Assembly: GCA_963712535.1 (NCBI GenBank)
Contig: CAVQIK010000012.1
Location: forward strand, 88,135-152,134
Length of the DNA: 64,000 nucleotides
Reading direction: 5' to 3'
From: an uncultured delta proteobacterium
GTDB lineage: Bacteria; Desulfobacterota; SM23-61
The notes below the pieces were generated by a model that was not told the origin of the DNA, searched no databases, and was given only the letters and a program-made list of their open reading frames with translations. This document shows positions 49,673-58,503 of this stretch, piece by piece (within the stretch, counting starts at the first letter, position 1; every line of letters starts with the position of its first letter). The translations under genes were made by a program, and so were the position numbers.

Positions 49673-50294
49673 ATGAAAATCTTGCGAAGAATGTATCAGG
49701 CATTGATTGTCTTACTTCTTCTGGCGCTGCCAGTATCTGGCTGCCAAAAATCCGATGTCGGACCTGGAGGTGAAAGAATGAACAGCCCAAGTACGAATGT
49801 GGACCGGCGAGCCGGCCAAAGCCCGCAATTCGAAAGCCGGCGGGCCTACTCGAAGCCGGATGATGCCACCCTCCGAAAAGAACTCACTCCCGCTGCAGTA
49901 CGAGGTCACCCAGAAGGAAGGCACCGAGCCGCCGTTCAAAAACGAGTACTGGAACAATGAGAGGGAAGGCATTTATGTTGACATTGTCTCCGGAGAACCG
50001 TTGTTCAGTTCGAAGGACAAGTTCGATTCGGGCACGGGGTGGCCGAGTTTTGTAAGGCCTCTGAACCCGGAAAATATCGTGCAAAGGGAAGACCGCCGGC
50101 TGCTCTTCTTGAAGAGGGTTGAGGTCAGGAGCAAACACGGCGACTCCCATCTGGGCCATGTCTTTGACGACGGACCCCCTCCTACCGGTCTTCGGTACTG
50201 CATGAACTCGGCGGCCCTGAGGTTCATCCCCAAGGAGGACCTGGAAAAAGAAGGGTATGGGGAGTACCGGAAACTTTTTGCAGGCGACAAGTAA
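49673..50294 (+). pseudogene. msrB: peptide-methionine (R)-S-oxide reductase MsrB with lipoprotein signal peptide, one frameshift
   Basis: MKILRRMYQALIVLLLLALPVSGC (lipobox)...[11 protein letters not shown] in one frame, then [15 protein letters not shown]...GWPSF...[17 protein letters not shown]...RYCMNS in the next. Extra base in the CCC(G) run near 49889-49892. Confidence 0.85.
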
Positions 50295-50321
50295 GCCTGT
50301 GTTCGTGCACGGGGGGAGTTC

Positions 50322-50939
50322 ATGAAAAACCCGGTCCTGATCAGCCTTCTTTTCGGAGCGGCCTTTTCCATCGTGGCCATGCTGTCAAGAGAGGGCGTTG
50401 CCGCAAGTGGAGAAAAGCAGATGGAAAAGGCTACCTTCGCAGGAGGATGTTTCTGGTGCATGGAGCATCCCTTCGACCAGCTGGAGGGCGTGATTTCGGT
50501 CACTCCGGGATACACCGGCGGGCAGAAGAAAAATCCCACTTACGAGGAGGTCTCGGCGGGGGGGACCGGGCACGCGGAATCCGTCCAGATCGTTTACGAC
50601 CCCGAGAAGATCAGCTACGCCAAGCTGCTGGAGGTCTTCTGGCATAACATCGATCCGACGACCCCGGACAGGCAGTTCTGCGACGTCGGCAACCAGTACC
50701 GTTCAGCCATCTTTTACCACGACGATGCCCAGAAGCGGCTCGCGGAAGAATCCAAAAAAGCCCTGGAAGATTCCGGCCGGCTGAAGGGCAAGATCTTCAC
50801 CGAAATCGTCCCGGCCTCGGAATTCTACCCGGCTGAGGAGTATCACCAGCATTACTATCTGAAGAACCCGATCCGCTACAAATTTTACCGCTTCAACTGC
50901 GGCCGCGACCAGCGCCTGCGGGAACTCTGGGGCCAGTGA
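50322..50939 (+). CDS. msrA: peptide-methionine (S)-S-oxide reductase MsrA with N-terminal signal peptide
   Basis: GGCFWCMEHPF active-site motif, GYTGG, HAE..Q..YDP, YHQ.Y. Hydrophobic N-terminus (VLISLLFGAAFSIVAML). Confidence 0.9.
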   Translation: MKNPVLISLLFGAAFSIVAMLSREGVAASGEKQMEKATFAGGCFWCMEHPFDQLEGVISVTPGYTGGQKKNPTYEEVSAGGTGHAESVQIVYDPEKISYAKLLEVFWHNIDPTTPDRQFCDVGNQYRSAIFYHDDAQKRLAEESKKALEDSGRLKGKIFTEIVPASEFYPAEEYHQHYYLKNPIRYKFYRFNCGRDQRLRELWGQ

Positions 50940-51153
50940 AAATCGGAATGGAACGGAAATAGAATTATTCTCCCCGCAGAGCCGCTGAGGCGCAGAGTAT
51001 TCTTTCCCCTGGCAAACGGACTGGAATCGGCGTCATTTTATTCCTGCATTTCTTGCGCATCCCGCGCCCCTGCGGGATCCGAACACCATTGGTTTGCCTT
51101 GACCCCCGGCGCGAAATAAGCAATATTGAGGAAAAAAAGGGAAGGAGCAAAGC

Positions 51154-51732
51154 ATGGAGCCAAAGGTACCCACCCGCGAAGAGGCCCTTGAGCTTCTGCA
51201 CCGGTATAACGAAAGCGACAGCCTCCGCAAGCACGCCTACGCGGTCGAAGGGGTGATGCGGTACATAGCCAGGAAGCGCGGGGAAAATGAGGAGAAATGG
51301 GGGGTCATCGGTCTGATCCATGACCTCGATTACGAAAAGTTCCCGGAACAGCACTGCACGAAAACCAAGACTCTTCTCGAGGAGAACGGGTGGCCGGAAG
51401 AGTACATCCGGGCCGCCGTGTCTCACGGCTGGGGCATATGCTCGGAGGTGGAACCCCAGACCCCGCTGGAAAAAACGTTGTATGCCATAGATGAGCTCAC
51501 CGGCCTGGTCGTCACCACCGCCTTAATCCGCCCCTCCAAGAGCGTGATGGACGTCGCCGTGAAATCGGTGAAGAACAAATGGAAGGACAAGAGGTTTGCC
51601 GCCGGTGTCGACCGCAGCGTAATCGAAAAAGGAGCCGCCATGCTGCAGGTCGGACTGGACGAACTCATTGGCGACACCATCAAAGGCATGCAGGAGGTGG
51701 CCGAGGCGATTGGATTGAAGGGGGCTGGCTGA
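51154..51732 (+). CDS. HD-domain metal-dependent phosphohydrolase (HDIG-like)
   Basis: H..AV..VM....., GLIHDLD (the HD motif). 192 aa. Confidence 0.7.
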   Translation: MEPKVPTREEALELLHRYNESDSLRKHAYAVEGVMRYIARKRGENEEKWGVIGLIHDLDYEKFPEQHCTKTKTLLEENGWPEEYIRAAVSHGWGICSEVEPQTPLEKTLYAIDELTGLVVTTALIRPSKSVMDVAVKSVKNKWKDKRFAAGVDRSVIEKGAAMLQVGLDELIGDTIKGMQEVAEAIGLKGAG

Positions 51733-51818
51733 AAGGAGGGTGAGGATTTTCCTGTTGAGTATCCATCTTATACCGGAATCGGTTATTGACTCACATTCCC
51801 AGGAGCGGGGGTTCATCC

Positions 51819-52570
51819 ATGAAATCTCGCAAACAAACCCTCTCCCTCAAATCCTTCGAAGCGATAAAGACACTGCTCGAGTCCAAATCCATATCTTTTC
51901 CTGAAGCCCCCCCGGCCCCCCATCCCGGACCCGCAACCCTGAAGAGAGACCGGACCCCGAATCGGAAAAAAGACTTTTCCGCGAGGCTATGAAGGACGTG
52001 ACTCCGGTTGCGAGGAAAAATATCGTTGAAAGGGCCATTCCGGTTCCCCACGCCCTGAAGTCCAGCGACCGGGAAGAAACGGAACCCCTGGTAAAGCTGA
52101 AAGACCTGGTTCAGCACGGGATGGGTTTCGAGATCGCCGACACGCCTGAATACATCGAGGGGACCCTGTACCAGGTCAATCCGGACGTGGCCAGCCGCTT
52201 GCACCGGGGGGATTACTCGATCCAGGCCTATGTCAACCTGCATGGGCTGAACGTTTCCGGCGCCAAAGACACCCTGGAAAAGTTTTTGAAATGGGCTGTG
52301 ACAACGGGAAAGAATGGAGTGCTCATCATCCATGGCCGGGGTCTTTCTTCCCCCGACGAACCCCGGCTCAAGCAGAAAGTGGTGGAATGGCTCACACGGG
52401 GTCCCTGGCGGAAATGGGTCGTCGCGTATGCGAGCGCGAGGTCATGCGACGGTGGCGCCGGGGCGACCTATGTTCTGTTGAGAAGGCTTCCGGCCACCAA
52501 GCGCCTCCGGAAGTCGATAAAGGGCCATTACCGTGGAGGGCCGGTAGGGGCTAAGCGCCTGGCGGAATAA
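51819..52570 (+). pseudogene. Smr (MutS2 C-terminal-like) domain protein, one frameshift
   Basis: C-terminal Smr domain (VNLHGLNVSGAKDTLEKFL...VLIIHGRG). The conserved LFREAMKDVTP lies in the same frame, open from 51905. The N-part MKSRKQTLSLKSFEAIKTLLESK is in another frame. The junction is in the C7/C6 runs at about 51907-51922. Confidence 0.75.
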
Positions 52571-52585
52571 TTCGAACACCGAATC

Positions 52586-53647
52586 CTAAGAACACCGCAC
52601 CGCCCTCTCATACGCCCGGATGAGCGCCTCCGCCTCCTCCGCGGGGGTGGGCCATTCCGCCGCCCGCTTCCGGCCCTCCTCACCCAAGGCCTCTCTGAAC
52701 GCCTCGTCCTCCACCAGCCGCAATGCCTTTTTCCTGAAATCTTCTGGGTCTTTCGGATCGAAGAGACAGGGGGAAGGGGGGTCCCCATTCTTTCCCAGGA
52801 CTGCCGTTCTGTTCCCCCGTATGTCGGACGCCAGCACCGGCCGGCCGGCGGCCATCCCCTCTAGAAGCGCGTTCGAGAGCCCCTCCGAGAACGATGCGTT
52901 CAATACTACATCCGAACCCCCGTAGGCGGCGCGCATGCAGGCCGGCGGAATGAGCTGGATCCAGCGGGCAAAATGGCCGGTCCGCCTGACGAGGCTTTCG
53001 AACCGGGCGAAGTAATCGGCGTCAAGGCTCGGCCCGGCGAACACGACCCGGATCTCAGGGCGAGCCGCATGCACTTCCTGAAGGTATTCTAGACACTCCA
53101 GGTTCCCCTTAACCGGCCGGATCCCAGCGGGAAGGAAGAAGAGGAATTCCTCAGCCCCCCACCCCAAAGTCCGCCGGATGTCAAACGCGTCCCGGCCTAG
53201 CCAGCAAATCGATTTGGGGATTGCGACGGTCCGGTCGCCGAATCCTGGAGCAGCTTCGGCCAATCTTTCCGCGATCCCCTGCCCTTGCGCGATGATGAGC
53301 CGGGCCAAGCGGAAAACGCCGAGGATCGTTTCCTTGTTTTTACCGGATCGGAGGTCCCCGTTTATATCCGTTCCCGCGGGAGAAACCACAAGCGGGATAC
53401 GGCCGCATTCCTGCGCCAACCTGGCATCCAAAAACAGAAACCCTGCCCGGAGCGCGTGATGGACATGAATCAAGTCCGGTTGAAAGCGGGCGATTTCTCT
53501 CACAACCTCCCCCACGCTCAGCCTCTGGGTGGGAAGCACCTGCACCGCGCATCCCTTCTCCGACAGCGAGCGGCGCCATCGCTCCGCGGTAATCGCGTTT
53601 CCCGTAACCGATGGGAGGGCCGCGGGGGTTAGGATGGAGATGCGCAT
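52586..53647 (-). CDS. GT4-family (GT-B fold) glycosyltransferase
   Basis: MRISILTP start. C-terminal EGLSNALLEGMAAGRPVLASDIRGN (E-x7-E region). 353 aa. Confidence 0.85.
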   Translation of the reverse strand: MRISILTPAALPSVTGNAITAERWRRSLSEKGCAVQVLPTQRLSVGEVVREIARFQPDLIHVHHALRAGFLFLDARLAQECGRIPLVVSPAGTDINGDLRSGKNKETILGVFRLARLIIAQGQGIAERLAEAAPGFGDRTVAIPKSICWLGRDAFDIRRTLGWGAEEFLFFLPAGIRPVKGNLECLEYLQEVHAARPEIRVVFAGPSLDADYFARFESLVRRTGHFARWIQLIPPACMRAAYGGSDVVLNASFSEGLSNALLEGMAAGRPVLASDIRGNRTAVLGKNGDPPSPCLFDPKDPEDFRKKALRLVEDEAFREALGEEGRKRAAEWPTPAEEAEALIRAYERAVRCS

Positions 53648-54510
53648 TGGGTAAACTCCGCAAACGGAAATGGCGTGAGATGGATTTCTTCTTCCATGAG
53701 ACCCGCGCGGAATCCCGGATCGAGGAGAGCCTTCAGCTCCAGCTCCCTTTCGCGCGTCGAAAAAGCGGAGAAGGGACCCCGGGGAGACCTCGGGGAGATC
53801 CGGCCTGGATGGACCATCAACTCCGTGATGCCGGGGGCAAGAGACGCCAGGGTCTCGCGTAACAGGGCCAAAGAGGAGTTTCCTTTCAGATACAGACCCC
53901 GGAAGTGATCCGGCGCCCGGACTCCCGTTCGTTTCAAGAAGGGACGGGCAGCCCCCCCGAGGCTGCTGAACAATCGAGCCTCCTCACGCAGGTCCCCGGA
54001 AACCGGGGCCGAAACGGGCGTGGAGCCCTCTTCGGGGATTCGCATCCAGGGAATTTTATTCTCCCGGGCCGCCGCAACGGCTGCGCAAACAACAGCCGGG
54101 AAAACGTGGACGTGCTGGTGGCTATCCAGGTGGCGGATCGGAATCCCCCATTCGCGGACTGCACCCATCTGCGCCCTCAACTCCCTTGTGATCTCGTTTT
54201 CCAGGGCCGAATCATCCCGCCGCATCAGGAGTTCGTGGGCCCGCCGCTTTCCCAGGAAAAGGCCGTCCGGCCCGGAGAGCAGCCGCAACCCGGGGCAAAT
54301 CGGCTTCCCCTCGGACAGGTTGACGTGAAGGCCGAAAGAGACGTCCGCGGACCCAAGGGACTTGATATTCTCAAGGGCATGCTCCAACGCCGACCCGTTG
54401 GGGAGGATGCTGGCGCTGGTCACCGCCCCGGAGAGGATGGCCTCGAAGATGCCCGCGTTCCGGCCCTCATCGGCCCCTAGATCGTCGGCGTTCACAATCA
54501 GCTGTTTCAT
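53629..54510 (-). CDS. YdjC/ChbG/HpnK-family carbohydrate deacetylase
   Basis: MKQLIVNADDLG start, HLDSHQHVH motif. 293 aa. Overlaps the GT4 start by 19 nt. Confidence 0.85.
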   Translation of the reverse strand: MKQLIVNADDLGADEGRNAGIFEAILSGAVTSASILPNGSALEHALENIKSLGSADVSFGLHVNLSEGKPICPGLRLLSGPDGLFLGKRRAHELLMRRDDSALENEITRELRAQMGAVREWGIPIRHLDSHQHVHVFPAVVCAAVAAARENKIPWMRIPEEGSTPVSAPVSGDLREEARLFSSLGGAARPFLKRTGVRAPDHFRGLYLKGNSSLALLRETLASLAPGITELMVHPGRISPRSPRGPFSAFSTRERELELKALLDPGFRAGLMEEEIHLTPFPFAEFTQCASPS

Positions 54511-56186
54511 TCTCTCCTGGGTCCTGACGCGCGAAAGAAGAGGTTCCGAAACACGTATTGTCCTTTCCCCGCCTCCCGGAATTCGGACCTCCCGGAACTC
54601 CGAAGCGAGAGAAAATAGTCGAAAAGCCCCTTCTCCATTTCTTCGTATTCTTCCGCCGTGAACCGCCGTTCTGTCTCTTGGACCAGGGTCACCGCGGAAA
54701 ATGCTTTTTCGAGGTGCCTCCGCAGGCGCAAGGAGTCAGCCAGCGAAATTGCCAGAACCCACAGCCTTCCCCCGACCGGCTCGAGGAAATCCCTGGCCCC
54801 GTCGACGACGGCCAGTAAATGCCTGGTCCCATCTGCCCCGCCATAGCGGGGGCCGAACGGCCTGGGGCCGGGGGTCTGCGGGGGTGTCGCAAGGATTAAG
54901 CCAAACCGCTCCCTTCGCCCGGAGCAAGCGGCGGACCCCACCGCTTCATACCAGGACCCGGCCCGGATTTCGATCCTGTCCTCGAGGCCATTGATCCGGG
55001 CATTGAACGCTGTTGCCTCCAATGCCCGTGGGTCCAGGTCCGTGGCCACGACACGCCCCGCGCCGAGCTTTGCCGCGGCGATGGATAAGAGACCGGTGCC
55101 GCACCCCAGCTCCAGCACGTTTTCCCCGGGTTTCACGTCCAGGAGCTTGGCGAGATCGATGCTCGATTGCGGCGGGTGATGCACCCCCGCGGGAACTTTC
55201 AGCTCGATCGGCCCACACGGGAGGTCGATTCGAATTCGGGGGCTCTCCTTTTGAGCCGGCTCTCCGTACCGTCCCAGGCCCGCGGACAGCATGCGCTCCA
55301 CGAGGCCGGGGTAGTCGAGCCCCGCCCATCGCGCCGAGAGGGCCAGGGCTTCCTCCGGCTCGAGACTCGGCGTCGTGTTCGCCTCGAAGAAGAAGAACGC
55401 GCCGCCCGGGGAAAGCTTCAGGTCGAATCGGGCATAGTCTCTCAACCCGAGGGCTTCAAAGGCCGTCACCGCCAGCTCCTCGATTTCCTCCCTGAGGGCC
55501 GGAGACAACTCCGCACGGAATGCGTCGCCCCTCCCGCGTGCCACGGGGGTCAGTTTGAAGGATTCGGTGAGTATGCCCGCCCCGCCCGGGTCAACGCGCC
55601 ACTCCAGCACGGGAAGGACCTCCGGGCCCTTCGGGCCCGCGAGGAGAGAGACGGCCAGTTCCCTTCCGGGAATATACGCCTCTACCAGCAACGGTTGCCG
55701 CAGCTTGGTCAAAAGGTCCGCTGCGGTCGAATACGCCTCCTCGTCCGTCCCGGCCAGCGCGAGCCCCCGGCTCATGTGCTCGAAGATCGGCTTCAGAACG
55801 AAAGGGGGCTTCAGCCAGCGGGGAATCTTCCAGTGAGCGGAGTCGGCCACGATGCCGGGGGGAACGTTTATCCCCGAAGCAGCCATCCGCTCTTTGGCGG
55901 CGGCTTTGTCATCCGCGAGAAAGCAGGCCCGGGCATCCGACCCCACCACCTTTGCCCCCCGGGATTCCAGGATCCATCTTACCAGCGGCCGGAAAAACCC
56001 ACGCCCCCGGAAGGTGTCGGTGTGATCGATGACCAGGTCGCAATGGCTAGCGAGTTCCGATGCCCGAAGCTCGATCTCCTCCGAGTCGGCGAGGAGCGGC
56101 TCGTGACCAAGAGCCTCCAGGCCTTTCGAGACCGACTCGGCGCAGCGGCAGGGAGAGCCGACTGTTCGAACGACACCTACACGCAT
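54507..56186 (-). CDS. fusion protein: ATP-grasp ligase (Ddl/RimK-like) N-domain plus class I SAM methyltransferase (HemK/PrmC-like) C-domain
   Basis: The N-half resembles D-Ala-D-Ala-ligase-type ATP-grasp (MRVGVV.., PFVLKP, LLVEAYIPGRELAVS, FFFEANTTP). The C-half has VLELGCGTGLLSIAAAKLGA..VVATDLD and LILATPPQTP. Its stop overlaps the YdjC start by 4 nt. Start is ATG 56186 or GTG 56210. Confidence 0.7.
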   Translation of the reverse strand: MRVGVVRTVGSPCRCAESVSKGLEALGHEPLLADSEEIELRASELASHCDLVIDHTDTFRGRGFFRPLVRWILESRGAKVVGSDARACFLADDKAAAKERMAASGINVPPGIVADSAHWKIPRWLKPPFVLKPIFEHMSRGLALAGTDEEAYSTAADLLTKLRQPLLVEAYIPGRELAVSLLAGPKGPEVLPVLEWRVDPGGAGILTESFKLTPVARGRGDAFRAELSPALREEIEELAVTAFEALGLRDYARFDLKLSPGGAFFFFEANTTPSLEPEEALALSARWAGLDYPGLVERMLSAGLGRYGEPAQKESPRIRIDLPCGPIELKVPAGVHHPPQSSIDLAKLLDVKPGENVLELGCGTGLLSIAAAKLGAGRVVATDLDPRALEATAFNARINGLEDRIEIRAGSWYEAVGSAACSGRRERFGLILATPPQTPGPRPFGPRYGGADGTRHLLAVVDGARDFLEPVGGRLWVLAISLADSLRLRRHLEKAFSAVTLVQETERRFTAEEYEEMEKGLFDYFLSLRSSGRSEFREAGKGQYVFRNLFFRASGPRRE

Positions 56187-56350
56187 GAGATATATCCTGA
56201 AGGATCGCACAACCCGTATTGAGTTTCCATTAGCCTATCCAGGGAATCCCCCCATCGTCAAGGCGAAAATCCACCTTTGATAGTGTCTGCAGAAATCGCT
56301 CGGCAGAATTCGGAGCTTGAATCGTCCCCGATGATCTTCACTGGCGGCCA

Positions 56351-56420
56351 CCATTCACCCTGAGCTTATGTCGAAGGGTGCATCTGCGCGCCGTTCATGG
56401 TTCGACATACTCGGCACGAA
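56351..56420. repeat. short palindromic repeat unit of the widespread HPELVEG / VRQAHHE type
   Basis: TTCACCCTGAGCTTATGTCGAAGGGTG hairpin followed by GTTCATGGTTCGACATACTCGGCACGAA. Recognised from memory as a common intergenic element in many bacterial genomes. Single copy here. Confidence 0.45.
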
Positions 56421-56769
56421 TTCTTAGTCTCCAGCGTCCACACAATTCCGGACTGATTAGAAAATGAAAAAAATTGTCATGCGCGAAACCTTAAGTTTCA
56501 TGGAGCGGGGTCTGCCATTTGACGTAATATTCCAATCCAGTATTAAACGTCTCTTCTAATTCCCATTTAACCGGATTGCAGAGAAATGAACTTTTATGCA
56601 GGTTCTTTCCATTTCATCTCTAATTGCGGCGGGGCCAAAATCGGTCGGTCGCAAAATACACTGTCTCACAATGTTAAATACATTCTCTCCCGTATTGGGA
56701 ACTCAGGTTGTCTTCCCTAGGATAGATTCTGAGTTTCCTTTCTTAAATCCAATTCAGGGAAGATTCGCA

Positions 56770-58195
56770 ATGAGAAAGAGAAAATCCTCGGCCGACCTCC
56801 TTCCATCCCTGCTCGCCTCTCTCTCAATCCTCGCCGTCCTTTCGGCGTGCGGAGGCGGAGGCGGCGACGGGTCCCAGTCGGTCCCGCCGCCTCCTGCGAC
56901 GGGAACCGTGAGCGTTACCCTCTCTGACCCGCCCGTCTGCCTCGCACCGAATGGTCCATTCCAAAATGTTTGGGTGACTCTCACCCGAGTGCGGGCCCAC
57001 GCATCCGGCACGGCGGGCCCGAACGACAGCGGCTGGGTGGACCTGGTGGATCTTCGCAGCAACCCCGCCCAGATCGATCTGCTAAGCCTTCAGTCCCCGG
57101 CCTGCATCCTGTCCCAGCTCGGCTCGAGGAGCGGGATCCCACCCGGGTCAATACCAGCAGATCCGTCTGCACCTGCTGAGCAACTCTCCGGATACGACCG
57201 TCGCAGTTCCCGCCGCCAACCTGTGCAGCGGGAGCGGGTTTAATTGCGTGATTTTGGCCAGTGGGGGAATTCAAACCTTGCTCTTGACCAGCGAAGCAGA
57301 GTCGGGGATCAAGATCCCCTCCGGGCAGATCTCCGGGGGAGCTTTCACGGTAGCGGCCGGCCAGACCACGTTTCTCAATATCGATTTCGATGCCTGTTCA
57401 TCTCTAATCCAGCAGGGGAACGGGCAATTCCGCCTGAAGCCGGTGCTCCACGCGGGGGCGATCTCCCTGAACAGCAATTTCATCAGCGGGGCGGTGGTAG
57501 ACAGCTCGACCCGGGGCCCTGTCCAGAACGCGACTGTATTCATCGAGCAGAGGGACCCGAATAACCCCAGTCTGGACCGCGTCATCGCCCGGACTACGAC
57601 GGGTCCGGCCGGCGAGTTCATCGCTTGTCCCCTGCCGCCCGGGAATTACGACGTGGTTGTTTCCGGCAGGACCTTTCTCTATACCTTCAATCCTACGGCA
57701 ACCCTTCAGGTGCCCGTTGGAACGCTTATGGGAAACATTCCCCTGATGCCGCAGGCCGGAGAACTCCCTGCCACCGTCTCGGGAGAAATCGTCACGACCA
57801 ATGCCGCAGGAGCGGCGACGACCGCCGACCTCGAGATTTCAGCGCTGCAGCCCGCCGATTCTTTGCTGGTCACCATCCCGCCGCTGGGGAATTCTATATC
57901 CCAGGTGACTTCGGAAGGCGGCAGGGCAACCTATACTCTGGTTTTGCCGGCAGCGAATCCACTGGTCGGAATTTTCAGCGCAACGCCCGCGACCGTCTAT
58001 TCGCCCGCCGTTGCGGGTCCGGGGGTTTACCAGCTGAATGTCCAGGCTTTTAATCTCATGTCTTCCTCTTTAAACCCCGGCTCGCCGAACTGCAGCCCGC
58101 CCAGCCTCCCGGTCCCCTTTGACGCCGGAAACCAGCTATTCGTTACCCCCGGCGCAACCCTGACCAGGGATTTTACATTTACCGGCTGCCAGTAA
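56770..58195 (+). pseudogene. DUF4382-family lipoprotein, one frameshift
   Basis: Lipobox (LSILAVLSAC). VSVTLSDPP...VWVTLTRVRAH...WVDL...PAQIDLLSL, then in the next frame GQYQQIRLHLLSN...SGIKIPSG...LNIDFDACSS...FRLKPV, matching the DUF4382 pattern. Extra G in the GGG run at about 57145-57147. Confidence 0.7.
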
Positions 58196-58345
58196 GGACC
58201 ATCGTGGGCTCTTAAATCAGAGAATTCGTTCTCTAGGTTCCGAAAAGTCTAGAAGCAAAATGTGGGGGAGGCCCTCCCGCCTAGGCGGGACCGCCCGCAA
58301 GATAGGCAACTACGGGGAGTTGCCCCCAGCATTTAAAGCCCAATT

Positions 58346-58503
58346 ATAGTGAACGGCTCAAGTAAGTCGACATCCAGTTGCCTCTTATTGACTTATGTCT
58401 CGCCGTAAAATCCCCCCTGCCCCCCTTTGATAAAGGGGGGTTTGGGGGGATTTACCAGGGATTGCCCAATGCAATGTCCACTTTCTTTGGTCGGGCACCA
58501 TAA
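58346..58503 (+). mobile_element. family-B MITE-like element, copy B3
   Basis: TATAGTGAACGG...AAAATCCCCCCTGCCCCCCTTTGATAAAGGGGGGTTTGGGGGGATTT...GGTCGGGCACCATAAC. Same orientation as B2. Its right end abuts the stop codon of the decayed acyl-CoA synthetase. Confidence 0.8.

Noticed and set aside
49649-49960. ORF 49649..49960 as an independent small lipoprotein
   Set aside because: Its C-terminal part ([11 protein letters not shown]) is the conserved lead-in to the MsrB domain, which continues in the next frame. It is the N-terminus of a frameshifted msrB.
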